The notes under the pieces were generated by a model. It made no database searches, was not told where the DNA came from, and saw nothing but the letters and a program-made list of their open reading frames with translations. From assembly GCA_965153455.1 (NCBI GenBank), contig OZ234493.1:16234213-16298212 (forward strand): DNA of 64,000 nt, written 5' to 3'. Positions 11,871 through 29,688 of this stretch are shown piece after piece. The position numbers and the translations under genes are program-made. Source of the stretch: Sphagnum compactum. Its lineage: Eukaryota. The first letter of the stretch is position 1; each line of letters starts with the position of its first letter.

Positions 11871-14800
11871 GAGGGTGGCTACACTGTGTCTTTTGAGATA
11901 ACTAGTATAACCAATGCCTTTGTACCTACCACTATAAATACTAGACCCTAAATCTCATTGACCTAAAATGGACCTGAAAGCTTGTTACTCATTAATAATT
12001 AATATCCTGACCTTGCTACTGATTAATACCTTGATAGGGCATCAAAAAAATTTCTTAAAACTAGTTGTGATGTGGATTTAGGGCTTAGGTGTTCTCCTCA
12101 TCTGTGTGGAATGTTTATATGAGCTGTGCTGGTAAAGTTTACCAATTTTTTTTGTTTTTCATCATTGAAAGAAGAAGTAGGGCGGATGTGTGTGACGAAT
12201 TTCAGTTATGGTGGGTGCAATGCTTTGGATAAGCTCAAGTGTATGTGGTCGTGTGGATTTGAGGACTAGTTTTTCTATGTTTTTGAGGAGCTCAAGCATG
12301 GTAGGATGTCGTTTTGCATGCTATGAGAACTTGTGGAGGAGGAGCTCTTTGGTGTGCAAAGGAAGCTCAAGCTATAGATAAGTAGTGGTTGTCTTGATTG
12401 TTGAATAGACAATAGAAGAATGTGAAGGTTGGAATTAGCTATTATGTGGTTGTAGGTTTTTTGTTTTTCTTTTTGTTGTGTAAAGGACCTAAAATTGCTA
12501 ATTAATAGTAATGTTAGGTGTTTTTAGAGGCATTGAGACATGATGAAGAGCCATAGGGGGTTAAGAACTTGCATGTGTCGAGTCCATTTGCATGAATTAG
12601 TTGGATTGTTATGGAGTGATGGGTGGAATTGAATTTGTTCTAGGAGCAAAACCTATATTGATGAGAACTTTGAGGTATATTCAACTTTTTGTTTTTACAG
12701 ATGTATGAGTTGAAGATAGTTTTAGTATGTTGAATTGTGCCTTATAAAGGCTTCTGTGACCATGGAGTTGATTGTGTGATGGATGGGTGAATGCATTTTG
12801 TTGTTGTTGTGTCCAAAGGTTTTGAGTTTTTTTTTTGGGTTGGAGTTTGTATGAATGTTATGAGTGTCTCTAGGGTCGGGAATGTGGTTCAAAGTGCGCA
12901 ATGTGATAAAAGTTTGGTGTTTCTTCGATGGAATCAAATAAAAAAGGCAGAGATAGCTCAAGAAAGGAGATTCGGAATGATTTGATCCCATGATAGTGCT
13001 TTAGATTGTTGAACTAGTTAGGCCAAGGTTATGCACATATGATGTGGTATACCTGATGATTGTATTACTAATATTGTTTGTATTGATTCTATTCAAGCTT
13101 ACATGATGATGATTAGTGTTGTGTGACCTGTTCTTTTTTGTGGTCCATGGTTTTCAAGTGATCGGTTCTGAATCAAATGAAAACTTGTGGGGCAGGTTTC
13201 AAACATGGTATCAATGTTGTGGGGTTCTTGATTCCGAAAGGAACTTTTGATGTTTGTTTTCATTTTTTTATTTTTATCAAATCTTTGGTTGAGTTTTGAA
13301 ACTGATTTTTTGGACTTTTAGTTTTTTTTTACTCCAATCATTTTCACAAAAAATTTGTAATTGCTTTGATTTAAGGCAAGATTTAGTTACATCTCCATTA
13401 GACACAATTAAACCCCCAAAAAAAATTGGTTAGTTTGTTTAGTTAGTGCACACACTCCAAAAAAAATTATGTAATATTAATTATATACAATTCGTCAAAT
13501 ACAAAAACTTATATAAGTTGTAAGGTCAAGTTGTTTTTTGTCAATAAATTTGTATTTATGGACATACTTATAAAATCCGACCCTATTAAAAATGGAACAA
13601 CACCTTTGGTTCAAGTTCTAATTCAATTTAAATAATAAGTTAGTTCTTCAAATAACTTCCGATGGTGGTTTTCCGGAAATTTTGAACTTTTGATCTAGAG
13701 ACCTTAGAACTTGCTCTTATAACTCATCTTGAACCCATTGAAATTCAAAAGCCTCCCAACATTGGTATGAACCCAATGAAAAAAAATAATGTTAAGATGA
13801 ACTACCACATTCACTAGTACCTTATTTTCTTGGGTGAGGTTGCCTTTCTAATGGCCATATTTAATCTAGGAGATGTTAAATTTGAACTCAAAGGCCTTGA
13901 TTTAGTTTAAAGACATGATATTTACCATAGTTAGGGTAGTTTCACACATATTTGACATTTGCTTTTGTAAGAGTATATTTCCTATCCAAAATTACTTATT
14001 TACTAATTCCAAAGTCCCCACCCATGAACATGTGTTACAAAAAAGGAAATCCAATACTTATGTTATATACCCACAACAACACATGACAAGAATGTAGAAA
14101 GAAATTTGCTTAGAATAATACTTCACATTTATTACAACCTTACATATTTATGATTCCTTTTAAAATAAGGCACCTACATGATTAAACTATTAATCTTAAA
14201 TCTATAGGCATGTGATTACCACATCATTATAGATATCCTTTCATAGGGCTATCATGATCTTTTGATATGGCATCCTAAACACAAACAACCCATAAACCCT
14301 TTTCAAAACATTTTGATTTGCCCCACACAATTTCATAACAACCAACCCATTTTGATTTTTTTGCCATCACAATTTGGGAGGGTGCTAACAAGTAAAAATT
14401 CCCAACCTCCTACGAATACCACCAATTGAACTTACACATGGCAAAAAGATTCCTAAAAAACAAAACCTATATTCAAAGCTGCCATCTGGACAAGTACTCA
14501 ACGTCCCCATACATGAACAATATTGTAAATTGCTTACAAAAACTCATATATATTTAATTTGAACCATTGATGTGACAAACAAATTAGTTTGCATTAATCC
14601 TTTAAAGCCTTTCATGAATTCTATCCATGCTTATAAAGATTTAACTACATCTAACTTCATGTTTACTAATTCTCCTTTGCAATTAAAGGTTTAGAGATCA
14701 ATGCATAGATCCAGTAGAATTCACATCAGGACATTTTTCCCATCAATGTGATTACAACATAGATAAAAACAAAGAAAACATCAACCTCCCAAAGAAACAC

Positions 14801-17800
14801 AAAATGCAAAATGGCACTTAATTCCACAAAGTAGTTATTGTTTATTCCAATTGTCCATAGGTCTTGTTCCATTGTTGGCCCAATCACATTCACACACAAG
14901 AAAAAAAAACACCAAACTAATCCCAAAAGTATTGCACCTTCATAAACCAATGTCATCACAATTCTTATTTTCACAAATCATCAAACATTCAACTGATGGC
15001 ATGGCTTTGGTTTTGTCTAGTAGTTCTTGATGTGTTGATTTCTAGATGAGTTTGAACCACTATTGAACTAATTTTTGGAAGATGTGCATCATAGAGTGTT
15101 GATGTTTCACAATATATATATATGGATGTGTAGATGTGGATCAACATATTTAGTTAAGTAACCCTTTTATTTTTTGTTGATTGTTTCATCCCAACCATGG
15201 AGATAATTGGTTAGAGTTTAAGGGCATTAATAAAATAATGTAGGACGAGTGCCTAGCTATTATTGAGAACTTAGCCTTTGGAGTCATGCTTTTTCTACTG
15301 CATCATTTGCTTGGAAGGAGAGGTGATAGAAGTAGCAATAGTGGTTAAGGGTTAGATTGAGGGAAATGATGAAACATCCTAGGGATTTCAAAAAAGGTAA
15401 GGGTTAAATTGAAAGAAGTGATGAAACATCCTAGGGATTTAGAGAGAGAACACCGATAATTCAAGTTGTGATCTATCGGGGATGTTATGAGATTATGTGG
15501 GAGAAGTGCTTGTTTTGTGATTTTGGGAAAGAGAGTACACAATATTGGGAATTCTGAAAGGAAATTTGGGTTTGGAGACTTGAGCTGTTATGAGAAATCT
15601 TCTGGTGATATGTGTGGATCATTATTTCCACTTTGTCCAACTTCCTAAGCTTCAATTTGTATGAGCTATGCTACATCTTACATCTTTGTGAACAAACAAA
15701 TTCAAGGGACATTTGCGTTCTGTTAGAATGTGATTGATTTTGTAGTGTTATTCAACCTCCTAAAGTTGCTCTATATATGGGAATGGTGTTATGGTCAGAC
15801 TTCCTTGGACCAAGTTCATGAGAGCTGTGGGCAATTTTTTTGACTATTGATATTGTCACAATTATGACCAGTGGGCTCATTGAGAAAAAACTAGAATCGT
15901 GTTGATCCCTCATGACCCTTAGTTTAGGTGTGATCGGAGAGTAACAAAAAGTTTAGACATTTATAGTATAGACACTTTCACTACATTAACATGCTCTTTT
16001 GTTTCTCTAGTACTTGATAATGTGAGTGTAGCAGAAGTAGGACATTGCATTTTGGGATAACTTCATCCTGTTCTTTTTTGGTTACACCTGCTCCAATCTT
16101 TTTGGTTCTGTTTTCTCGCGATACTTGATACGTGCTATGGGAAAGCACAAAAAGAAATTGAGGGCATTTTGAAAAGTGGAATGCCCATTTTGACATTCTG
16201 TTTTTCAACCCCCTTCCCCTCCCCAAAGCAATGGAGGATAAAATAATACACTAATTAAAATGCCCTCCAATTTACACTAAAAAATCAGAGCAGGTCATTA
16301 CAACGAGTCCATAGGATTTTTAAATTATAAGGTGTGAAGGCAGTCAACTCTTGTATGAAGTGGGCCTGAGTGTGGTGGTCATATGAAGAAGACACACACA
16401 TCAGGGATCCCAAAGCTGCAAGCAGCAAATCCATTTTGAGTTAGAATAATGATTTCAAAATGCATTCACAACATCTCCCCCATGCCAAGGACTTACATTT
16501 TAAGTACCATCAAACTGAACTGAGCTGCCCCTGTCCCTGGCACCAAAGCTGCAAGCATTCTCCACAGTTGAAAAAACCCAAAAAAAACACCCAATTACAA
16601 CAGATATGACCCCATGTGGCTACAGTCCACATGCCACCATAACCAGACCAGTGTGCAACAATTTTATATTAGTTTGTGCTTGTTTGGATATTTATGGCCA
16701 CAGTGAACCAGCAGCCACCAGCACACCATCCACTGGATGCCCATTACTACTCAGTTGTGGATGAACCTCAACCCAGTTCATATTTGGTTTCACATTGGTA
16801 ACCAATTCTGTAGGAAATAGGACTTGTACATAGGTAGATAGGTAGGAAAATAGGTAACTACTAGGTACATATATGGTTTAGACATCTGTAAGGGCTGTTT
16901 CTACTACCTACCTACTAACAACCTGATTGCAAGTTGTTAGTAGGTAGGTAGATGGGAAAAAAAAGCAAGTGAGCTAACCACCATGGTTAGCTAGGGAACT
17001 GGAATCCAACAGAAAGCTGTTTCCTGACCTCTTACCATTCATCCTTCATAGAAACTGTAGTTTTGCAGAACTCACCACTCTGGCAGATTTGGCACAGAAA
17101 AAAAAAACAGCCTAAAAAAGAAGGCATGCCTGACTTTAATGTACTAGAGTGCAGGCCAGTTGTAGGGCCGATTCCAGCTCCTAGAAAGTGCATTTATGAG
17201 CTTGTGGGCATGCTATGAGCAGGAATCTTGGTAGTGTAATATGCAGGTATTTATGCAGAATGTTGCCTTGGTAGCCCATTCCGCCACCACCCACAGGCGG
17301 AATCGGGCTACACAGGTAGATTCGGCACAATTAAACAGGCTTTTAAAAACTGCATTAAAAGGCGTGCCTGACTAGCTAAGCAAATATATTTGTGTGGTAG
17401 GCTATGTGGAATCTCATTTTGCTTTATTTGATACCGTAGTAGTAGTAGTACGGGGGCAGCTTCAACACATTTCAAATGTCAAATTATTATTAATTAATAA
17501 AATAATAATAAATTAATAATAATTTGTTGAGAAGTTGAATATTCTAAAATATTCTCTATTTTTGCTCATGTAATTCTGTTCTTCGGAAAAAAACTATATT
17601 TTTGAAGATTTCAACATTTGTACAAATAATATATAATTAGTGTCGAAACTGCAAAGGGTAATATGGTATTGAGTATGAGATCATACAAAAGCTGCAAGTC
17701 AGGTATGTGCAAGGTAATGCCCAGGAGCGAGGTGTTCCTGAAATAAGTGGCTGCCCGAGGCAGAGGGGCCTTTCAATTTTGGGAATGCCCCCCTCCTTCA

Positions 17801-20719
17801 AAGTGTTACCAGGTAGGTGTAAAGCTCCAGCAAAATAAATACTTTTAGAATTTTTTCCAATAGTTATCCACCAGGTATCATGGGATTTTTTTAACAAGTA
17901 AAATGTTGTTGGAGTGACAATTTTGCTTTTCAAAAAGCCCCGGCCTTTGTTGTTGACAACAAGAAATTTTGCTGGGTAAGGTTCCCTCCAATATACTAGA
18001 ATTTTTATGTTGGTGCTTTACACTGCAGTTGATTGTCACAAGTTCAAATGTTCTAGAAATAAGTGTGAACCATATTTCAAGTGTTTTATATTGAAATTTA
18101 TTTTTCCTATCATCCAAAAAATATGAAAAGCTTGAATCAATATCAAGCTTGAAATCCATATAAATATTTGGGGGTTTAGGGTTTAGGTCTCTATACAACA
18201 TGTAGGTCAATAAACTTAAGCATTAAATAATCCTCACTTTGGGCCTCACTCTACCTACTCATCCTTGCTTTCTTCTTGCATTCCAAACTGTGTTTATCTC
18301 TTGATTTCCAAGGTTTTTAGGCTCCACCAATTTCAAAGGTTTTTGGTAAGGAATGATTTTAAAGCTTTTTTATGGTTGTGTGTGTGTTTCAAAGCCAATT
18401 TTCAAGCTTTTCATGTTCACACAAGCTTTACCATGTGTCTTTGTCAATTTTCACAAAGTGTGTTTAGCTTTACCAATTTCCTAGTGTTTAGGTCAAATGT
18501 GATTTTCAAGCTTTTCATGTGTATGTCCTTGATTTTTTGTTTTTATGTCTCTATTGTTTGCTTTGACTTTCTATTGTCTGTTTCTTTTTCGGCATTGTAT
18601 GTGTGAGACCATTAAGTTTGGCAATAATCAAATTATTGCCATGGTTCCTCTTTTCTTTTGTCAATTCATCCCTAGTTGAAGGTGTTGGTAGGATTTTAAG
18701 GATGACCACGAACTAGGCAAGAGATGAAAAATGGGGACCTATAAACACCTAGGTTTATAGCACAACAATGTATTGTGGGATGAAAGGAGGTTAACTAAAA
18801 ATCAAATTGGGATGAAAACCTAGTTGTGTGGATATGGAGTGCTTGTGTTATCTGTTGCAGGTTATTTCTTTCAAGAGTTTTGAGGTGTGCACTTGCTTTA
18901 TAGAAGGCATGAACAATGAGTGTGATGATTTTCGTTTGTTGTTTGTCAATAGTTTTTGGAAATGGCGAGCTTTGCAAAGGTTTCAAGAGAAGGATGAACT
19001 TGTGGAGAGGATGGGGGATGTTAGGATAAAGGAGGAAAGGATTTTGGAAGCTAAACTTTCTTTTCCTTTTGTTTTGAGTAGATTATGTGTGATGAAAAAT
19101 GTGAGAATCAATCAGGAATAAAAATCCAGAAAGCTCATGAAGGAGATGTTGATGGGAAGAATGCCCTTTGCATATTTAATTCTAGTAGCTACTTCGATTT
19201 TAAGTGTTATTCTGTTGTGCATTATAGTTAGGGTGTTTTAAGCATGATAAAATGTTATGAATAAATAAGTAAGTAGAGCTATTGGAGTTCATGAAACTCT
19301 ATAGGGGACAATACTGGCTAGTCTAAGAGGACATCAATATGTGGGAATTCAATTGGGTTGTTGCTCATAAAATGTGAAACTCTTGTCTTGGGAACTCTGG
19401 GGAAGTTAGGTGGTTGGGAATACCGTCTCTTTTATGTTTAAATTTTGAGTGAACTATTGAGAGTGCATCTATGGGGTGGTGGCCGACGACTTGATGTTGT
19501 GTAAAACCAAGATGGCCAATCAAGATAGTTCGGAAAGATCTGATCCAATAAGCTCTACTAAACTTCATTAGTTGGAAGATATGTTAAGAAGGTGAATAGG
19601 ATTCATAGACACTTAGCAGAAAGGAACTAACAATAATTGCGATGGTTTAGGAAAAATTGAATGGTGTAAGTATATTGAAGAGCCAAAACTATTATTGTTA
19701 TGGATCATGGATTTGTTGTGGAGAATGACTACTACTTGAATGGAATGATTGAGGTTTAGGTTGCTTCTTTTTTGTCACAATATGACATATTTGGACTTCT
19801 TAACCTTGTTCATTGCAATCACAACATTGTGTGAAACTACGCTATATTTTTGGTAGTAGAATGTTGATATTGTGGTTCACGATAACCCATTGATATGGCC
19901 ATGGCGATTACATGTGGTTTTCAACTACAACATCAATGGTCTTAAATCTTAAAATAGGGTCATCAACATGCAAATTCTCTAAGCATAGGTCTATCAACTT
20001 TTCTAACCAATATCTACTAGGCAAATTACAAGCCTTCATTTGTTTGCTCGGGTAAAATTTGCCATATTTCTACCTCCATAAGTATAGTATAATGTGATTC
20101 ATATCAATAAGTTGTGGGGACCTCCAATTATCATTTTTTTTCCCCCGTTTATGATGGGCATCATCACAAAAATATTTCATCAAGCTTTTGACCAAAATAA
20201 AGGTATTGTAGTCTCTTCCTTTTGAACTGATTATATTGGTTACAAGCCTAAAACTTAGGCCAACGGCTATGAGATAAAGTGATATGCTATTGGGAATATG
20301 TTAAAGAACACATTGGGAACCTAGTGGGAACAACAAAAAATTCAACACCTTCGTCCTCCCAAAAAATAAAATAAAAAATGGGGCCCTTTAAGTTCGCTCA
20401 CCTCATTGGTTGCCATGAATTTTTATGCCAACCTCTGTTCTTTGCCTGGTTTTGGCCTAGGCTAATGGTAGGGGCACAAACTGTGGAACTTATATATATA
20501 TATAGGGATAAAATTAAACACATTTTACCAAAACTTAAAATAACTATAGTTAAAGTATGGGTTTAGGGTTGAAGATGAGAACAACTAAGCATTTTATATT
20601 GTTGTGCCTTTGGTCATTATAATTTTTTTGGAAGTGTGAGGCCTTACAAAAAATGGCACCATGTTTAACTCAATTTAGTACATATCTTGTATTAATAATG
20701 ATTGTTAATGTATATATGC

Positions 20720-21545
20720 TAGTTTGTTGGTTTGGAGAACCCCTATTTGAGGTGGATAATGTTATATCTTTGTAGTTCAATCTATTTTCTTTTTCACAAG
20801 CATAATCTGTTCATGAACATTTTTTCCTTTCTTGTAGAACACCATGGAAGTGTATGTGTTTCTAATCATTGGTAAGTGTGTAATGTTTGAATTGTGGATG
20901 TCAACATCAAGCTATAACACTTTTGCTTTGGTTATCAATTTGATTAACCAAGATTGGGTTGCCTATCACATAACTATTGGATTATTTGTTTAACATTTAA
21001 TATTTTTGATGTAGTTCCTACATAATAAATGAAGGTTTTGTTGGTTGAATTCAACTTGATAAATAAGGTAATCATGTATGTCAAAGATGAAGGAGCCAAT
21101 TGATTCAAATTCTTCCACAAATGCTTTCATTTATGTTTTGTCATGTGAATTATTGTTGTTATTTCAAATATTTTTATTTTTTTCATGTTATGTCAAAAAC
21201 ATATCAATATATTATCAATGAAGTTAAGGTTGGTGTGAACATTCCTAAAATCAATTTAAAATATGACCAAACAATTTTTTTTTAAAAATCACCTAGATTA
21301 AAAAGGTCCAAGAAAGGTAGACACGAATGGGAGAAGGTTTGTTATGAAGTTGACATGTAACACATAAAACAAAAAACCCTTATGAAAACATATTTTGCTT
21401 CTAAGGTTAATGCTTTCAACATCTACTACACATGGCAACATTCATATTTGCAAGTTAAGCCTTACATGCAAATATGACATGGGGTTTTAAATGGCCTTAC
21501 ATAGGCAATTATTATTCAAGCAAAAATTGAAACCTTAAATGTCAT
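20720..21545 (+). mobile_element. Degenerate hAT-superfamily transposase fragment (catalytic N-terminal region)
   Basis: Broken reading frames give FELWMSTSSYNTFALVINLINQDWVAYHITIGLF, YVKDEGAN and KQKTLMKTYFASKV. These are homologous to the longer remnant at 34590-36380, which carries the hAT dimerisation motif. Confidence 0.65.
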
Positions 21546-23399
21546 GACCTTAATTTGGATGCACAACCAACTCTTAGGATGTACAAAAAATATTTCTTTC
21601 AAAATGAAAGAAGTTTAATGTTTTGAAATGGAATTGGGCCAAGTAAAAGACTTGTTATGTAATGACCTTAATGTTGGGCTCATAACCAAGATTAATGCAC
21701 AAAAATGGGGGCATGCCACTTTCATAGAATTCAATCATGTTTCACAAATGTGAAGATGTGCAATGAAATGAATCCCAAATGCTTTCAAATGAGGAGAACA
21801 TTTCCAAGTGAGGTGAAAGCATGAATAGGGGGATTATTTGGATTGTCACACTTGTAATTATTTTGGATTACATACAAATGTAAAATTTAAAGCCATATTC
21901 AAAATTAACATTATCAAAATTTTAATATTCATGTTGTCATAAACTTTAATGGGAATCATCATTAAAAAATTGGATGAATTCTAAGAAGATTATGGACTTG
22001 TAATGGACTTTTGAAATGACAACATTACGCTTATCACATAGAGAAAATGAAAAATGTGGATTCAAAAAATACATCAAAGTAGTGTCAAAATAAAAATAAA
22101 AAATAAAACATCATCAAATGAAGAATTGATTAGTGAAGTGCATTGAAATTTTCCTAAAATATATATTACCAATGTTTTAAAATTTTAAATGACGTGAATG
22201 TTATAAAATTTATCCTTGGGAGTCCATTTTACATTAAATTTTTTAATTTTTTGCATGGATTTTTTGATCAATCACATGTTTAGGGATATTCATAGGTTTA
22301 CTTATTAATATTTATGATTAAAAGCATAGGGGAAAATTAAACTTAATTTATGGTTTGATAATTGTTAAAATTGCAAAAACATTGTTAGTGTTAGATTATG
22401 GATTCTCAAATGCCACTTTTGAAATACCTAACCATGCTTTCACCTAATGAAGGGAACTTAAAAAATTGTAATCAAGTGGGAGGCCAAAAATTTTGGGCTA
22501 AAAGTGCAACTAATAAATGTGGTTTGAATTGGGCCCTTAATATGCCATTAGAAGGTCTTAAAATGTAGATATGGGTGGTTATAAGTTAGGATGGCTTAGT
22601 TTTGGTAGATGCAACATTATCGAAAGTCCATATTTCAACATTATTAAATTTTTTTTGAAAATATTAAATGGAAGTTATGTGGCATTTGAATATAATACAT
22701 TCTACAATGATCCAATGTGATGCAAAAAGTGAACCACCTTATTTTGCAACTATTCATATCAAAAGTGAATTTACTTACTTCATTTGGATTATGAATAAAA
22801 ATTATATATGGTCAAAAAAAAGTCAAGAATTAACAGTTTGATTCTTGATCATTAAAACCCAAGAAACAAGAGTAAAACAACTTCCATATCAAACGTGTGA
22901 TACAACATTGGAAAGGTTTTTTCAAGGGTTACAATTTTTTCCTTTTGAAATTTTTTCAATTGGAACTTTTATGTAGAAGTCATGATCTCAAAAAAATGTG
23001 CAATTCATAATTTGGTAGATAGGGAATAAAATGTTTTTGGTTCATATACAAGTGTGAGAGTGTGCAAAATAATGGTTCTTAACACTCATAAGTGAATTTC
23101 CATTTTGAGATTTCAAATCCCATGGTGTCTTGGATCTTTGGAACCGTTTCCAAATTAGGTTTTCTTGAGGCTATTAAAAATGTTTTGAAAGTAAATATCC
23201 AAAGTGAATTCCTGACAAGGGAGAGTCACCCCAATAGGGAGGAAATTTAATCTGAAGTTGTGATGTCTTTTTTAAGAGTGAATTGTTCATGGTTTGTCAA
23301 TTCACCATTTCTGTTTCAATTCACACTAATCATCTTTTTTCTTGGTTTGTGAAAATTGATTTCACCTTGAGAACTTTGTGAGTTTGTTTTAGTTCAATC

Positions 23400-24140
23400 C
23401 AATGAATGGGAAAATATTTGTTATGAAACTAACATGCAACACATAAAACAAAAGACCTTTGTGAAAACACATTTTTCTTCCAAGTCTATCATATTACAAA
23501 CATCCATGGAGCTTGCTAATGTGATAAACATTTAGTACACACAACATAGTTCATCTTTGCAAGTTAGGGTTCCTTGTGATTTTACATGGCAATTCTTAAG
23601 TAATAATTGAAACCTTAAACTTGGTTATCTATCAATGTTTGTTGAACCGACATAAGAGGTATTGGTTATTATTTGATAATCATGGGGACGATATGAAAAG
23701 AGTATGTGTGTCGAGTTGTTGTTCCTTTATTGCAATGTGGGGAATTTGATAAAAAAATAGAGATTTTTATGATAGAATGGCTACAAAAGCTGTTAACATG
23801 TTATGTCCTTTTCTAGGTTTTGCAAAAACCTTATCTCAAGAAAAATCTCATATAACATGCTCACTTTGATGCTTGATTTGTGATTTAAAAGCATGAAATG
23901 CATCATAGACCACATTAGAGATCACATTTCCACATTGTGCAACAATATGATGTGTTGGTTTTGTTGTTCTTGAACACTAGTATGGCTTTTTTTAATCGAA
24001 ATCAAATTGCAATTCCTCTAGCACCTAAGCCACCTTCAGTTAGGTTCTTTGGGTCACTGGTTTGATCACAAGAGGCTAATGAAAGGTCTTCACAAGGTTG
24101 AGTTACTTTTGACAAAGGAGACTTTGTTGAAAGAAAATGA
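23400..24140 (+). mobile_element. Second degenerate hAT transposase fragment (central region)
   Basis: 23403-23620 aligns by eye with 21325-21545. Translated remnants include KQKTFVKTHFSSK and NMLTLMLDL*FKSM (hAT LDPRFK-like motif). Confidence 0.6.
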
Positions 24141-25478
24141 AGACTTGCTTGAGAATGCAAGATATTTTGAAAATATTAAATCTTGGGTTTGAAGATGTTA
24201 GATGTTGAATGGGTTGTAGATCTGCTCATATTTTGCATTCAAATTTTGAACATGTACATTACTAATTGCAGCATTTTGGATTTTTACACCCTCCACTTGC
24301 TCAAGAGTCATGATGCTTGTTGGATCAGTTGCTTGGATGCTGAATGTTTGTGTTCTTTCTTTTTGCTTGTGATTCTGCCCATTCTAGCACTCTTTTATTC
24401 TAATGGAACTTGAAAACATATACACTTTCACACCAAAAGCCATATCAGGACCTGGGTTGTTATTTGGCCAATTGGAATGTTCATAATATTGATACTGTTA
24501 ATTTACAGGCAGCAACTTATTGATACCCTAATGGTACCAAAAACCTGGATTTTTTGAAAATTATAAATAAACCCTTTACACAAAATGCAAAAATAAAAAA
24601 CTTGCTAGCATGAACATTCTGGTATCTCCAATACCTGATACCAGAACAACACTGGTTGTCACCCATATTTTCAACTTGGGTTGCTTAGTAACTTCACACT
24701 ATAGACAAGAGATTGAATAGGGAAGAGATTGAATGATGAAACCCCGCCAAACTTCATAAAAAGAAAACACCCAAGAAAGGGAAAGAAAAAGAAACAAGAA
24801 ACAAGGACCAATTTAGATTGAATGGTTCACTATAGCGTAAAGCAGCATTCTTTGTACATATTTAAAAGCACCCCCATTAGTTGTAAGCATGCCTTCTCTC
24901 AAAGAGACCTTCCACCATTCACAATTTCTTCCTTTGTATTTGAAAGCACCTCTCCTCATTTCGAAGATGCATTTGGCAATCAAAAGGACCAGGCTTCTGT
25001 CATTCCCATGGAACAACAGCTTCTGCCACCTTTTGTACTTTTAATGCTAAGCAAGGCCTGCTCAAATGGGCAGCCCTTTCCTAATTTCGAGGTCTACCCC
25101 TTTTGACTCCCTAAAACTAGTGTAGAAGTTGAACCCAATGCATAATAGGGTTAAAAAATTAGGGGAGGCGCTTGGGAGCTAATGTTCTCTCTCATACACT
25201 AACTAAGAGCAGCAGGTCCACCTTCACCCAATATGTGGGTCTCTACCACCATTGTGTATAACATCCCAAATTGAGTGCAATTATTTCCCCAACCCTATCT
25301 ATAATCTAGCTACTAAACTGCACACTTGTGATTGTAAATTTGCACTCTCATGTGGCAAGCAATGAGTGAGTGAGGGAGTGAGTGAGTGAGAGATAGAAGG
25401 AGAGAGGCTTGGGGGAAGTTCAGAAAACCATTATGCAATTACTAGTTTTTTTGAAGCCAAATGGTGCAGCTAGTTTAT

Positions 25479-25886
25479 GACCCACTTAAGATGATTATGC
25501 CCCAGTAATGGTGATTTGGCCTAGTTAGGCCATTATAGCCGATTATGGTGCTTTTGACCCACTTAAGGCGGTGCTGTCCCAGTCAGGTCAATATGGCCCA
25601 CTACGGTGATTTTGACCCACTTAAGGTGATTCTGTTCCAGTTAGGTAATTATGCCCCACTAAGGTGACGATGACCCACTTAAGGTGATCCTGGCCCACTT
25701 AAGTGATTAGGGCCCACTATTCAGGGTGATGACGACTCAATTAAGGTGGTTCTGGCCAAGTTAGGTCAATAGGGCCCACTGAGGAGATTAAGACCCACTT
25801 AAGGTGATTTTGGCTCACTTATTAAGTCATTATGGACCACTGAAGGTGATTGTAACCCGTTTAAGGTGGTTGTGGCCCACTTGGTG
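25479..25886. repeat. 19/20-bp minisatellite (~21 units) with 58-bp (20+19+19) higher-order periodicity
   Basis: The lead unit GACCCACTTAAGGTGATTNT recurs at 25479, 25556, 25614, 25672, 25734, 25792 and 25854, separated by 19-bp variants such as GGCCCACTACGGTGATTTT and GTTCCAGTTAGGTAATTAT. Confidence 0.9.
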
Positions 25887-26542
25887 CTTGCTAATAACCG
25901 AGGACTGAAACAGGCCCTACAAGGGAGAGTAATTATCTGGTTATTACGAGGGTAAAGAACACAGTAGTTTCCTGCCCCTGTTTGTTTTGTTTCCAGTTCC
26001 TACCCGGTTCGCACGCGTCCAAGTTCCGGCTGCTGCGCTTGCGCTTGGACCCTAGCTGCCCTGGCAACGCCGTCGCACCAGCGACAGGCTCGCTCGCTAC
26101 ACCGTCCTCGCCTCCGATCTTTGTTTGCCTTGAAGGAAGCTTGTTGTTTGTTTGTTTGTTTTTTTCCATGAGTTGCAGCAGCTGATGTAGTATCATGAAG
26201 TTGGAATTAGAAGGAGCTTGAATGCCTGATGCAGCTCTACTTCTAGTGCTCTTTTCATGTGCGTGGGTCATGATCATCTGTGAATGTTGAGAGCTTGCAG
26301 CTACAAGTCTTTTAGCCAGCTAGTCAGTGGGTTTTTATCGAGAATGCAGGACGCCGGCCCGAGGTTCTTGATCTCTAGCCACATGATGGACTAGAAGCAG
26401 CTGTAGTAGAAGGAAGAAGCTTTCATCTGCAAGCTGCTGCTGTGTGACTGTGCGGAACATGGGTTCATAAGGACGTTCGTGAGATTGTCTACTGTTGTTT
26501 GCAGCAGTCGCACTAGGAGCAGCAGCAGCAGGAAAGTGAGCA

Positions 26543-29688
<3,146 letters not shown>

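Noticed and set aside
12150-13150. Strand-biased, G/T-rich stretch suggestive of a decayed LINE (similar stretches at ~15250-15700 and ~18790-19570)
   Set aside because: No reverse transcriptase or endonuclease motif could be read with confidence; needs RepeatMasker or BLASTx.
21657-23400. Possible degenerate solo LTR between the two hAT fragments
   Set aside because: Resembles an LTR-like repeat by impression only; no clear TG...CA ends, TSD, PBS or PPT.
25479-25886. CRISPR-like appearance of regularly spaced GACCCACTTAAGG repeats
   Set aside because: The intervening sequences are diverged copies of the same unit rather than unique spacers, there are no cas genes, and the context is eukaryotic.
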